Source: Promethearchaeota archaeon Loki_b32 (lineage in GTDB: Archaea > Asgardarchaeota > Lokiarchaeia > Sigyniarchaeales > SOKP01). Taken from it: a DNA stretch of 64,000 bases. Positions 10,452-20,784 of the stretch are shown one piece after another (the first letter of the stretch is position 1; each line of letters begins with the position of its first letter). Both the position numbers and the translations under genes were made by a program. The stretch covers positions 1 through 64,000 of the forward strand of contig NJBH01000018.1 of NCBI GenBank assembly GCA_005223125.1. Direction: 5' to 3'. The notes beneath the pieces were generated by a model. That model did not search any database. It was not told the origin of the DNA and saw nothing but the letters and a program-made list of their open reading frames with translations.

Positions 10452-11597
10452 ATGGAAAACATAATATTTAGAAATTATGAAGAAGGGGATGAGAGGCGAT
10501 TAGCAGATTTATTTAACACAGCTTTCCTACAAAATGGCAGTGGGTTTGTAAGAACTCCTAATAATTGGATCTGGAGATATGTTGATTCTCCGGGATTTGA
10601 ACCAGAGATGTGTCAAATTGCTGAAGATATCGATAAAAAGAAGATTGTAGGTGCTGTAATTGTTAATTTAATAGAAACGGTACCTATTAGTCAGAACACC
10701 TATTTAATGGGTGATGTTAATGATGTATCAACTCTTCCAGATTGCACAAATAGGGGAATAGCAACAAAATTAATGGAAATGTCAATTGAATATATGAAAC
10801 AGAAAAAATGCGATTTTTCAATACTTTCTGCAGGATTTAAGGGTTTTGCGAGAAAAAAGATTTATCAAAGATTAGGGTATTTTGATGTTGATCTTGGAGC
10901 TCATTTTATACAATTTCCAAACATAATACAACTTATTAAGAATGTTTATGCGCTTGCTCTTTTTTTTCCGGTTTTTTTTGCTTTTTCATATATACCTAGA
11001 TTTTTAAATAGAATAAAAATGAAATTTTATCGCGTTTTTAAAGAATTTTCATATGAAATTAATCACAATAAGAAACACTTTGAATACATGAATGCAATAA
11101 ATAAGATCAATCCAAAGTATTATGAGGGATATCCAAGATATAATAAAAGAAAATTTTCATGGGCAAGAATAAAAGTTCCAGCGGCGCAGCAAAAACCAAC
11201 TTATATAATTATTAGAAAAAAGGGAAAGATAATAGGAGGTTCTGTACTCACCCAACAGAATATTTATTCTTTTAAATTTAGTATAAAGATAAGAATAGGA
11301 GTAATCCATGAAATATTTCTGGAGAAAAATATATATGATAATTCTAAAAATCTGGTTCTTGGATATATTTATCTATTAGACAAAATTATGAAAGCTGCAA
11401 CACGAAGATCTTTAGCTGTTTTAATGTATGTATCACCTTTAAAAGATAAAGATTTAAATAGAGCGTTTAATGGGATGAATTTCTTAAAAATCAAGGCTAA
11501 TGTAACGATGATTAAAGAATTGAAAGCAAATTTAAAATTCCCTCAAATTAAACTACCACTATTTGTTGGAACTTATGTGACTCTAGGCTTTCCTTAG
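10452..11597 (+). CDS. GNAT-family N-acetyltransferase
   Basis: VSTLPDCTNRGIATKLM (motif A), IYQRLGY. Confidence 0.8.
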   Translation: MENIIFRNYEEGDERRLADLFNTAFLQNGSGFVRTPNNWIWRYVDSPGFEPEMCQIAEDIDKKKIVGAVIVNLIETVPISQNTYLMGDVNDVSTLPDCTNRGIATKLMEMSIEYMKQKKCDFSILSAGFKGFARKKIYQRLGYFDVDLGAHFIQFPNIIQLIKNVYALALFFPVFFAFSYIPRFLNRIKMKFYRVFKEFSYEINHNKKHFEYMNAINKINPKYYEGYPRYNKRKFSWARIKVPAAQQKPTYIIIRKKGKIIGGSVLTQQNIYSFKFSIKIRIGVIHEIFLEKNIYDNSKNLVLGYIYLLDKIMKAATRRSLAVLMYVSPLKDKDLNRAFNGMNFLKIKANVTMIKELKANLKFPQIKLPLFVGTYVTLGFP

Positions 11598-11813
11598 AAA
11601 GACATAAACATAAATATTTTAGTTTTAACATTTATTCTAACTAAGATTCATCTAAAATATTATCAGTATAGGAGTGGATTTTATGGGAAAAGAAGTAGAT
11701 AAAGCCATAACAAAAGGGAAAGACATACCAGATGCTAACAAATAACTAAAATAATAGCAACTTTCTTATATTATAGTTTTTTTATTATCTAAATTTATGA
11801 AACGAAAAATTAA

Positions 11814-12317
11814 GTGATAAAAATTTCATATTATCTCACAAATTTGGTTAATAAAGCAAGAGAGCAGAATATTTACGCTGGTATTACAATTTCCGTTTTA
11901 ATTACAGTTATTTCTTATATAATTATTTCTCTTATATCTTTAAGTGTAGGGTTTGCTATTTTATTTCTACGCTTTTTCCTTTTTGCTGATCCGGAATATA
12001 TATTAGGAACTCTTTTTGGTGTGATTTTTTTTTTAAAAAATCGACGCCCAGATCAATCAATCTTAAAATATGGTGTAGTTGTAGGAATTGTAGGAGGAAT
12101 AATATCTTCATTTTTTATTAGTTTATACCAGTGGATTTTGCTTTTCTATTTTTCCGTTTTCATCGCATATCTTGTAACTACACTTATTACTGGAGTATTT
12201 ATTGGTTTATTGATTGGAGCAATTTTGAGTGCTTATTTCATGTATAAAGAAGTAAAAGGAGAGGGAAAAGAAGAGTATTATGATGATGAGTTCTTTAAAG
12301 ATTTAATAGAAGAATAA
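11814..12317 (+). CDS. membrane protein with about 4 TM segments and an acidic C-tail
   Basis: Hydrophobic GxxxG-rich helices. Confidence 0.65.
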   Translation: MIKISYYLTNLVNKAREQNIYAGITISVLITVISYIIISLISLSVGFAILFLRFFLFADPEYILGTLFGVIFFLKNRRPDQSILKYGVVVGIVGGIISSFFISLYQWILLFYFSVFIAYLVTTLITGVFIGLLIGAILSAYFMYKEVKGEGKEEYYDDEFFKDLIEE

Positions 12318-12483
12318 TTTCTATTGAATTCTACTATTTTATTTTTTTAAATAATTTAAGGTTAATCTAATTCCTTGTTATTGAAAATAAATGTATCACA
12401 CTCAATAATTGGACTATAAAAGAAATTAATTCAATCTTATTCTCATTTTAATTAAGAATGAAATTAATTTTGAGTTTAAAAAA

Positions 12484-12777
12484 ATGAGTAAAGCAATTTT
12501 TTGGCAGTATAATGAGTTTGTTCAATCAAGAAAAGAAAAGATAGTTAATATGCTTATAAGTGAGATAATATTTTTAAAAACACGTGTTAAAAGAGCAAAC
12601 AATAAGGATGAGATCTCTTATCTTAAAAATGCTTTAGACAAATTAGATTATCTCTTAAATCAGTTAAAAAACAATAGCTCTGATATGCCTGAAGGAGATT
12701 TCGACAAAATAATTATGATTATTTATAAAATTTTTAAAGAAATTGCTGATAATTTTGAGGGAGAAATTAGAGACTAA
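12484..12777 (+). CDS. hypothetical helical protein
   Basis: 97-aa ORF with ATG start. Confidence 0.55.
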   Translation: MSKAIFWQYNEFVQSRKEKIVNMLISEIIFLKTRVKRANNKDEISYLKNALDKLDYLLNQLKNNSSDMPEGDFDKIIMIIYKIFKEIADNFEGEIRD

Positions 12778-12934
12778 GATAATTTTACAATTTTTATGCT
12801 CTTAATGTTAAAAGAGTGGCATTTACTCTCTGTACATCTCCCTTTTATCCTTTAAAAGTAGACTGATTAATGTATTATTAAAGATCTTTAATTCTATAAA
12901 TTAAAAAAAGAGAAAAAAAATAATTATATATAAA

Positions 12935-13876
12935 TTACATCTTTACCATATCGCCTAATATGGCAAATAAATTTTCTTTTTTAGGTGCTCCTTTCATTAA
13001 TTCTTTAATCCTTTCGGATATTTGTTGTGGTGTAAATGATTTATGATCATTCGTAATTTGATTAACAGTATGCCATCCTTGGAATAACATTAATCGATCA
13101 CCTACTACTCTAAACACCTCTCCGGTGATTTTTACAGCTTTATCTGATGCTAAAAATACTACCATCGGTGCGACATTTGAAGGATCAAACACATCCATAC
13201 CTGTTTCATCGAGTTTTTTCATAAACTCTGCTGTTCGTGGAGTAGCATCTACAGTTAGACGAGTACGTGCTAATGGAACAATACAATTAACTGTAGCATA
13301 TTTTTTTAATTCCGCTGAAGCATTAATTGTAAAAGCAGCAATACCTGCTTTTGCTGCTCCATAATTAGTTTGCCCTACATTTCCAGTTAAACCCGCGTCA
13401 GACGCTGTATTAATAACTCTTCCAAAATTTCCTAAAGATTCATCAGCTTTTACAGTGTTCCTAAAATAAGCAGCTGCATGGCGTGTCATATTGAAAGTAC
13501 CTTTCAAATGTACTGCAATTACATCGTCAAATTCTTGTTCTGTCATATTGAAAAGCATTCTATCTCGGAGGATACCTGCGTTATTTACAAGAATATCCAA
13601 TTTTCCAAATTCAGAAACTGCTTGATCGATCATGGCTTTTGCTTTATTAAAATCTGTAACAGAATCATAATTAGCTACAGCTTTAACTCCCAATTTTTTA
13701 CATTCTTCTGCCACTTCATCAGCAACCTTTGTTTCAGCACCACTACCATCAAATCCCGCGCCTAGATCATTAATAACTAAATTACAGCCTTCTTTCGCCA
13801 GTGCCAAAGCTTCTTCACGTCCTAAGCCACGTCCAGCACCAGTAACTATAGCTACTTTTCCATCTAACATTCCCAT
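12935..13876 (-). CDS. short-chain dehydrogenase/reductase (3-hydroxyacyl-CoA / 3-oxoacyl reductase-like)
   Basis: [21 protein letters not shown]. Confidence 0.92.
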   Translation of the reverse strand: MGMLDGKVAIVTGAGRGLGREEALALAKEGCNLVINDLGAGFDGSGAETKVADEVAEECKKLGVKAVANYDSVTDFNKAKAMIDQAVSEFGKLDILVNNAGILRDRMLFNMTEQEFDDVIAVHLKGTFNMTRHAAAYFRNTVKADESLGNFGRVINTASDAGLTGNVGQTNYGAAKAGIAAFTINASAELKKYATVNCIVPLARTRLTVDATPRTAEFMKKLDETGMDVFDPSNVAPMVVFLASDKAVKITGEVFRVVGDRLMLFQGWHTVNQITNDHKSFTPQQISERIKELMKGAPKKENLFAILGDMVKM

Positions 13877-14029
13877 AATATTTTTCCCTTTACTAATTTT
13901 ATACTTTTTTTATACTAAATTTATTGTTCTAAATAATATGTACTAATAAAAAATTATTTCTAAAATTAAGGATTTTTATATTCATTCTTTTTTGCTGAAA
14001 ATATCATATTATTTACAATTGAAGAGATA

Positions 14030-14527
14030 ATGAATTTACAGACACATATCTTAACTGGTATATTAATTCAGATCTTTTGCTTTAGGGTTTTTATTCTTCC
14101 ATTTGACATTGTATTTACTATCTTGTTCGCGTTTTTATCTCATTTCATCATTGATGCATTTGTTCTTATTACTTATCATACCTCTGAACCCCAAAAAGGA
14201 GATTTATTCTGGATTTCATGGCAAATCATTTCTTACGGTTCTGGTACAATTCTTATATTATTTTTTCTTCCATATGCATTAGGAATGTTATTTGCAAATT
14301 TAATAGATATTATTGATTGGCTTATTTTAAGACAAATTCATAGAATAAAATTAAAAACTGAAAAACTTGATTGGACTAAGAACTATTTCTTTCATAATTT
14401 TGTTGCTAAAATAAGAAAATATACCCTTTTTTGGCTTCCTAATTGGAACTATAACAAAAAGGGTATAATACCAGAAATAATAATCAACATTATTTTGATC
14501 ATTGGAGTAATTCTTCTAAGGATTTGA
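14030..14527 (+). CDS. membrane protein, possible metal-dependent hydrolase
   Basis: N-terminal TH motif, LSHFIIDA (HxxxD) motif and TM helices. Confidence 0.55.
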   Translation: MNLQTHILTGILIQIFCFRVFILPFDIVFTILFAFLSHFIIDAFVLITYHTSEPQKGDLFWISWQIISYGSGTILILFFLPYALGMLFANLIDIIDWLILRQIHRIKLKTEKLDWTKNYFFHNFVAKIRKYTLFWLPNWNYNKKGIIPEIIINIILIIGVILLRI

Positions 14528-14903
14528 AATTTTTAAAATAGAGCAGATGGCTCTTACATTTGCAATCTGATGACCCCAAGTTACTTATGTAATCATCTGA
14601 TACGCTTAATAATTCATTTGCAATTAAGCATTCTAAATTCTGAAGGGAAGGAATTAAGTAAATGCACTATATAGAAGCATTCTTGTCGTTAAGTAAATAA
14701 TCAATATGCCAATGAATTTTTTTATTTTTTGAGGAAGATGTATGTCTTTTTACTCTATTGATTAATGTGGTTGCTCCCGAATGTCCCATGGCTGATCCTA
14801 CATATAAATAAAAACCTTTTTTAAATGTTATTTTACCAAGAGCGCCAATTATGAGATCAACATTTCTCTGTACAAAAACAACTAAAATATAAGAACCTTT
14901 CAT
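14499..14903 (-). pseudogene. DUF123/GIY-YIG (Uri-like) nuclease interrupted by an in-frame TAG at 14667-14669
   Basis: KGSYIL...YLYVGSA...RH...HWHIDYLL before the TAG; the same frame continues CIYLIP...EC...LGSSDCKCKSHL to TGA at 14499-14501. Confidence 0.8.
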
Positions 14904-15077
14904 TTATTTACATTTCTTCTTATGATCATGGTAACAGCCATCACATAGATATTTTCTGCATTTTTTACAAATATTAGCACACTCATCACATATTTGATTA
15001 AAACAATCCATACATTCATATAATTCTGTGGATGTATTTTCTCCACAATTCCTACATAGAACTTCTTCTTCACTCAT
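14904..15077 (-). CDS. 57-aa Cys-rich zinc-finger microprotein (not in the ORF track)
   Basis: MSEEEVLCRNCGENTSTELYECMDCFNQICDECANICKKCRKYLCDGCYHDHKKKCK; five CxxC motifs; stop abuts the next ATG (TAAATG). Confidence 0.8.
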   Translation of the reverse strand: MSEEEVLCRNCGENTSTELYECMDCFNQICDECANICKKCRKYLCDGCYHDHKKKCK

Positions 15078-15260
15078 ATTAACAGCTTTAGTTTTTCATT
15101 GTTAGTTATACTGAATAAATTATCTATCATAAAAACCTCTTTTATTATTCGATAAATAACCTTTTGCTTAACTTCTTCTATTTAATTATGTCATAACTAA
15201 AACTTTTTTATAACTCTTTAATTCAATATCAATAAGTAGTTTAGAGAGCGCTCGTGATTT

Positions 15261-17009
15261 ATGGGAATTACACCAGATAAAGAAAAGCTACAAATTGAAT
15301 TTGAAAGAGATCGCAAATTTTTTGAACGAGAAGGTAGTTCACGCGTAATCACTTCTGGCTCTCTCTATATGTTTTTCTCATTAATTAATGCGGGATGTAT
15401 CTGGATTTTTATTATTTTGGGGACACGTTCTGATCTATTATTATATTTTGGTTTAACGACTGCGATAAATGGGATAATAAGCTTAATTGGAATTGGAATT
15501 TCTCGATATTTCATAGCAGAAATTAAAGCTGCATTTATAATAAATGAAGAGCTTGGACGCATCAAAGCTACAACATATTCTAAGTTATTATTCTTAATTG
15601 GATTAGGATTGGGATCAGCGATGATTGCTACTCCTTTTATTTTTGGGTTTTTTCTGACTAATCTATTGCTTAGAGAATGCATATTCGCTTCTGGTTTTTC
15701 TTCGTTTTTAATATATGGTACTTTTGTATTTCAGATTGGATTAGAGATTAAAAATAGGTATGACATCATTGCTTTCACCACAATTTTTAACGGTATTTTT
15801 ATCCTACTTTTCGCGTTTATTTTTATTTCTTATAGCTTAAATCCATTTTGGTTTGCGTTTTATCCATTTTTCAATATCATCACATTAATACTCTTAATAT
15901 ACTACTTTAAACGGCTAGCTCCTTATTCAATTATTGAGATTTTTAAAGCAAGTTTGAGATCTCGGAATATGAGAAAGAGAGTTTCTCCTGAGATTAAAGA
16001 TTTTATTGAAAATCATCAAGTTCTGATATATCTGAAAAATTCTCTATATTCTATGATGACAAATATTCAGAATTCAAAATTTTTTGAAGATATTTTATTC
16101 TTTATAGCGGCAATTTATTTAGCAATTTTTACTGACACTTCCTATCAAAATTTTGGTTTGAGTTTATTAACTGTTTTGATGGCTTATGGTGCGGTAAAAT
16201 CAGTGATTCTCTACTACTCTGCTCCATTGAATATTGAAATTGCTGAAGCATGTGTTAAAGAGTGTCATGAAACAGTAGAAGAGTCGATAAATGCATCTAC
16301 ACGAATCTCAAGTATTTTAGCGTTAGGTTTTTTAACCGCAATGATAGCACTTTCAAGTGAATTACTATTTTATTTGCATCGTGATTTATTTATAGAAGGA
16401 ACAATTTTTAATTCAAATTTGTTTCTTATGGCACAAATCCTATTTATTCTTATTATTACAGGACAATTTATTTATGGGTATTCAACGCTATTTGGGAATG
16501 CTTTAATTGGATCGGGAAATCCTGATTTAGCAGCAAAAGGTTTTGGGATTACATTAATAATTATAGCAGTAACATCTCCACTTTTTATTTACTTTTATGG
16601 AATTGTAGGTATCGGAATTGTTATGTTAACATCTTCACTCTTTTTACTTCCTTATATTTTAATTCAACTTAAACGAAAATTAAACATTAACTATAGATTC
16701 AAATTATATAGGTTATTCCCGAATTTAGTGATTCTTTTCATAATTCTGTGGATGATTCCTTTTAATAGCGCAATAAGTTTACTTATTGGGATAATTATTA
16801 GTGCTACTATTTACCTATTTTTAAATCCTTTTTTTGGAGTATCAGTTCCAGAAGATCTCCAAATGATTAATGACTTATTCAACACCTTAAAACTAAAAAT
16901 TTTAGGGAATATCATAGTAAATACAATGAAAAATACGTATAATATTAGCCCTTTAAATAAAGATAAAATAATCCTTGAAGAAAATAAGCTTATTTTAGTA
17001 AAGAAGTAA
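15261..17009 (+). CDS. MOP-superfamily (MATE/flippase-like) polytopic membrane protein
   Basis: About 12-14 TM segments; NALIGSGNP and YGIVGIGI patterns typical of polysaccharide flippases. Confidence 0.65.
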   Translation: MGITPDKEKLQIEFERDRKFFEREGSSRVITSGSLYMFFSLINAGCIWIFIILGTRSDLLLYFGLTTAINGIISLIGIGISRYFIAEIKAAFIINEELGRIKATTYSKLLFLIGLGLGSAMIATPFIFGFFLTNLLLRECIFASGFSSFLIYGTFVFQIGLEIKNRYDIIAFTTIFNGIFILLFAFIFISYSLNPFWFAFYPFFNIITLILLIYYFKRLAPYSIIEIFKASLRSRNMRKRVSPEIKDFIENHQVLIYLKNSLYSMMTNIQNSKFFEDILFFIAAIYLAIFTDTSYQNFGLSLLTVLMAYGAVKSVILYYSAPLNIEIAEACVKECHETVEESINASTRISSILALGFLTAMIALSSELLFYLHRDLFIEGTIFNSNLFLMAQILFILIITGQFIYGYSTLFGNALIGSGNPDLAAKGFGITLIIIAVTSPLFIYFYGIVGIGIVMLTSSLFLLPYILIQLKRKLNINYRFKLYRLFPNLVILFIILWMIPFNSAISLLIGIIISATIYLFLNPFFGVSVPEDLQMINDLFNTLKLKILGNIIVNTMKNTYNISPLNKDKIILEENKLILVKK

Positions 17010-17013
17010 AAAA

Positions 17014-17514
17014 CTACTTATTTTTAACAAGTGTATTTCGGATTATTAAAACGATCAATATTACTTGTAGGAATATTAATGAATATAACATAATATCGAG
17101 AAATAAACTTGCGTGTAGATCAATTCCTAACCAACTTACAATCCAACTAGAAGGATCTCCATTATTATACATTAAACCGCTCGTAACAGCTAAGTATAAA
17201 ATATGAAATCCTAATGATAATACAATAACAGATATCCCTAATATTATTTGGATATACAGACTTTTTCCGATTTTTGGGAATTCTAAAACAGGATTTAGAA
17301 GATCTTTTTCGAATAATGAATTTTGGAATTCCTCCTTGTTGTTATCTACAACTATATCTTTTAATATGCTATTTTCTTGCTTAAGTTTATAGTTCTCTGT
17401 CTTTAATTCATTATATTTTATTTGTAAATCGATATAACCTATATCTAATTGTTCTAATCTGCCACTATTTATTTCAAGTTCCGAATTCTCCTTACTTAAC
17501 CCTGTATTACTCAT
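17014..17514 (-). CDS. protein with N-terminal coiled coil and 2 C-terminal TM segments
   Basis: LQIKYNELKTENYKLKQENSIL heptads, then two hydrophobic helices. Confidence 0.6.
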   Translation of the reverse strand: MSNTGLSKENSELEINSGRLEQLDIGYIDLQIKYNELKTENYKLKQENSILKDIVVDNNKEEFQNSLFEKDLLNPVLEFPKIGKSLYIQIILGISVIVLSLGFHILYLAVTSGLMYNNGDPSSWIVSWLGIDLHASLFLDIMLYSLIFLQVILIVLIIRNTLVKNK

Positions 17515-17760
17515 AATTATTAACTATAATATTATTTAGATTGAGAGATTATTAAGTGTAGAAAACCCTAATTTTATCCCAATTATCTTATATTACACAT
17601 AGTTAATCTAATTTTTTATATTAAATAATTAGTAAAATCTTACTTTTTCGTTCTAATAATACAAATAAATTATAGAAAATTTATCTGAAATAAGGAGAAT
17701 TTTATTATATCTAGTTTAAATGGAGATAAAAATAAAATTTAAAATGAAAAATTTCTATAC

Positions 17761-18552
17761 TTATTTCTTCCTGAATTGATTAAATTTAGGCTTACGTTTT
17801 TCTATAAAGGCATCTTTTCCTTCTACTGCTTCCTCGGTACCGTAGTAAAGGGATAACCCACCAACTCCTAGTTGAGTAATACCAGTCACCCCATCTGTTT
17901 CAGCTAAAAATGCATATTTCAGCATTTTAAGAGCAGTTGGACTTTTTTCTAACAATTCTTGACACCAAAGTTCTACCTCTTCGTCCAACTTTTCATAAGG
18001 GACAACAGCATTTACAAGTCCCATCTTTAAAGCTTCTTGGGCAGTGTATCGACGGCATAAATACCAAATTTCTTTAGCACGTTTAATTCCTATAGCTCGC
18101 ATTAAATCTCCTGTTCCATAACCAGGATCAAATGAACCTACGCGCGGTCCTGCTTGACCGAATTGTGCGTGCTCCGCTGCAATACTGAGGTCACAGTTCA
18201 CATGCCACACATGTCCTCCCCCAATTGCAAAACCATTCACTCGTGCAATTACCGGTTTAGGTAAAGTACGAATCAAAAATGTTATTCGTTGCCAACCAAC
18301 TTCAAGTGGTAAAACATATTCACCCTCATAACCACCCATTTCTCGTGTGCTCTGATCGCCACCAGTACAAAAGGCTTTTTCTCCAGTTCCAGTGAAAACT
18401 ACAACACCAATTTCATTGTCCCAACATAGGTTAAATGCATCAATCAATTCATGTACAGCTCTTAGATTGCACGCGTTATATCGTTGAGGTCGATTGATTG
18501 TTATACGAGCTACTCTATCCTTTTTCTCAAAAATAATTTCTTCAAAATCCAT
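17761..18552 (-). CDS. crotonase of the MenB/BadI clade (naphthoyl-CoA synthase or 2-ketocyclohexanecarboxyl-CoA hydrolase)
   Basis: AFCTGGDQ, AIGGGHV, GPRVGSFDPGYG, EIWYLCRRY, LYY.TEE..EG..AF.EKRKP. Confidence 0.85.
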   Translation of the reverse strand: MDFEEIIFEKKDRVARITINRPQRYNACNLRAVHELIDAFNLCWDNEIGVVVFTGTGEKAFCTGGDQSTREMGGYEGEYVLPLEVGWQRITFLIRTLPKPVIARVNGFAIGGGHVWHVNCDLSIAAEHAQFGQAGPRVGSFDPGYGTGDLMRAIGIKRAKEIWYLCRRYTAQEALKMGLVNAVVPYEKLDEEVELWCQELLEKSPTALKMLKYAFLAETDGVTGITQLGVGGLSLYYGTEEAVEGKDAFIEKRKPKFNQFRKK

Positions 18553-18661
18553 TTTACTAACTCCTGCATTTTTTTTTAGAATTTAATTTTTAATGATTAA
18601 TTACTTAAATGGATCTTAATATATTTTTTTTGGTTATTAAAGCTCTTAAACCGATAGATAC

Positions 18662-18702
18662 TCAGAAATCTGATTTTTGATCGTGAAACAAGAGTTTCAC
18701 GA
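18662..18702. promoter_or_regulatory. two adjacent inverted repeats (operator or terminator candidate)
   Basis: TCAGAAATC-T-GATTTTTGA (18662-18680) and TCGTGAAAC-AAGA-GTTTCACGA (18681-18702). Confidence 0.45.
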
Positions 18703-18771
18703 AATTCTTACAAAAATGAATTGTTATTTTAAATTGTATAAGGTGAACATATAGCGCTCATTGAAGAATTC

Positions 18772-19299
18772 CTAAAAAGCCATTTTTTGTTTAATTTCTT
18801 GAACCATTTTATGTCCTTCATCATTTATTTCTGTTAATATTTCTCTTAAAATCTCATTAATTGTCAATCCACGTAATTCACATGATATATATAATAAAGA
18901 GAGGATTTGTTTAGCTAAAACTCGAATATTTTTAATATCGTTAATTGGAATTCTAATCCCAAGAGCTTTCAGATCCATCTGTGTTTCTTTTTCTTGCTGT
19001 CTTATTGTAATTAGGACATCATTCTTTCTTCCCTTCCATTCTTCTGTTATTGCTCTTAAGGATAATAAATATCTTTTAGTAGGGCTTCCAATTCCCATGA
19101 CATCCCTAGCGAAATTTAACGGTTCAGAATTTCTGACAGACTTTAAGCCAAATGTTCTATTTACTTTATAATTTTTATCTAATTTTGTTTTCATTTTTGA
19201 AATTTCATCTGTTAACTGCTCAATCCTTAAAGCTAATTTTTCAAATTTATCAAGAAAGAGTTCCTCAGAGTTAATATCAAAATTACTCATATCAAACAC
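18772..19299 (-). CDS. hypothetical protein with a short N-terminal coiled coil
   Basis: 175-aa ORF. Confidence 0.65.
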   Translation of the reverse strand: MFDMSNFDINSEELFLDKFEKLALRIEQLTDEISKMKTKLDKNYKVNRTFGLKSVRNSEPLNFARDVMGIGSPTKRYLLSLRAITEEWKGRKNDVLITIRQQEKETQMDLKALGIRIPINDIKNIRVLAKQILSLLYISCELRGLTINEILREILTEINDEGHKMVQEIKQKMAF

Positions 19300-19460
19300 C
19301 TATTAGAAATTAAGTATGACACTCTTTGAATTAGTGTTTAATAAAACTAATTATTAAACTATTAATCTATGAGAAATTTTTAATTTATTTTAAATCGATG
19401 GTTTAAATATAAAAAAAAAGAGTTTTTGAAGATTTTGAGGGATTTTGACCGCTAATTTAT

Positions 19461-20717
19461 TTAATCATAATCTGTTTCATCATTATCGATATCATTTTCT
19501 TCATAAAATAAAGACTCATCTTCTTCATGTATTTCAGTTTCCTCTGCTACTGGCTCAGGTTCTTCCATAATTGGCTCGGGCTGTTCAACCGTAGGTTGTG
19601 GTGATGTCAATTCCATAATTTCAGCCTCAGGTTCTTCTATTGGTTTTAGCTGTTCTTCAGAAAATTTCCTGATTTCATATATACCTATTATAATTAAAAG
19701 CAAAACAAAAAATCCTAATACAGCAATATTTTTTATAAGATTAATTAATTCATTATCTAAATTTTCAAACCATTGAATCCAAGGAATAGAAACTATATTA
19801 AAAATTTCGTATGGAAAATAATGTACAAACTCATATGTTACCTTCGATAATATTAACCATATTATTACGGTATCAAGTCCAAATCTTTTTAATCTCTTGC
19901 TTAACAATTCTGCTTGCGAACCCATAAGAGTACTCAGAGAATAAAAAATGATAAAAAGATCAGGTATAATCATAGCAATATATGCCCAAATAGAACCAAT
20001 TGCTTCTGGTTCAGTATCAACTATACTAAGCCAGAGTTTAAGAACTAGGAATGCAGCATAAAATGAGACTAAGATTGCAAATATTCCAAACCAACCATTA
20101 AAGACCTTTTTAAATTTGTAGACTACAACAGTTATCGCGAGTCCAATCAGAATAGCTCCAACCAGAATATAAACCCCATTCAAATACCATGGCATAACGA
20201 AAGAAGTTTCAGTAATAACAGATAAGTCTATCAGAGTAGGCCAAATAATAAAAAAGTATAATAACGATAGAGCACCAGCCAATCCTCCAATAAAAATGAG
20301 AGTTCTGATAAAAGGTTTCGCTTTTGGAGTTTTAAATGCCTGTTTGTCCACTCTTTTCCCTATTAGAAAGGCTCCATATAAGATGAACCAAGATGTAAAT
20401 AAAAAATACGTTATAACTGAAATTATAAATAAAAGTATTAGAACTATTGAAATTAACGCCATAATTGGTAAGGAAATAAGTAAAAACACAATTACCTTCC
20501 ATGGAGGGTACTCAAAAATGTTCTTCTTAGATACAAGAGAAAGTAAAAATAAGAACATTAAAAAGACTAAAAATGGGAAATATAAGATTATACCGATTAC
20601 AGAAACAACAGGATTGGGATAAGGAATTGTTGCCACTCCTATTAATAGCCAAATCACTAAAGCTGTTAAACGCCAATTTTTGCTTAATTTCTTTAAATTA
20701 TCTATAAAATCAACCAT
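19461..20717 (-). CDS. polytopic membrane protein with an acidic, Pro/Glu-rich disordered tail
   Basis: About 9-10 TM segments; tail EEPEAE...ENDIDNDETDYD. Confidence 0.7.
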   Translation of the reverse strand: MVDFIDNLKKLSKNWRLTALVIWLLIGVATIPYPNPVVSVIGIILYFPFLVFLMFLFLLSLVSKKNIFEYPPWKVIVFLLISLPIMALISIVLILLFIISVITYFLFTSWFILYGAFLIGKRVDKQAFKTPKAKPFIRTLIFIGGLAGALSLLYFFIIWPTLIDLSVITETSFVMPWYLNGVYILVGAILIGLAITVVVYKFKKVFNGWFGIFAILVSFYAAFLVLKLWLSIVDTEPEAIGSIWAYIAMIIPDLFIIFYSLSTLMGSQAELLSKRLKRFGLDTVIIWLILSKVTYEFVHYFPYEIFNIVSIPWIQWFENLDNELINLIKNIAVLGFFVLLLIIIGIYEIRKFSEEQLKPIEEPEAEIMELTSPQPTVEQPEPIMEEPEPVAEETEIHEEDESLFYEENDIDNDETDYD

Positions 20718-20784
20718 AAAAAAATAGTTATATCAAATATATTTAAAATTTTCTTATTTAAGAGAGAGAATTGAGTAAATTTTA

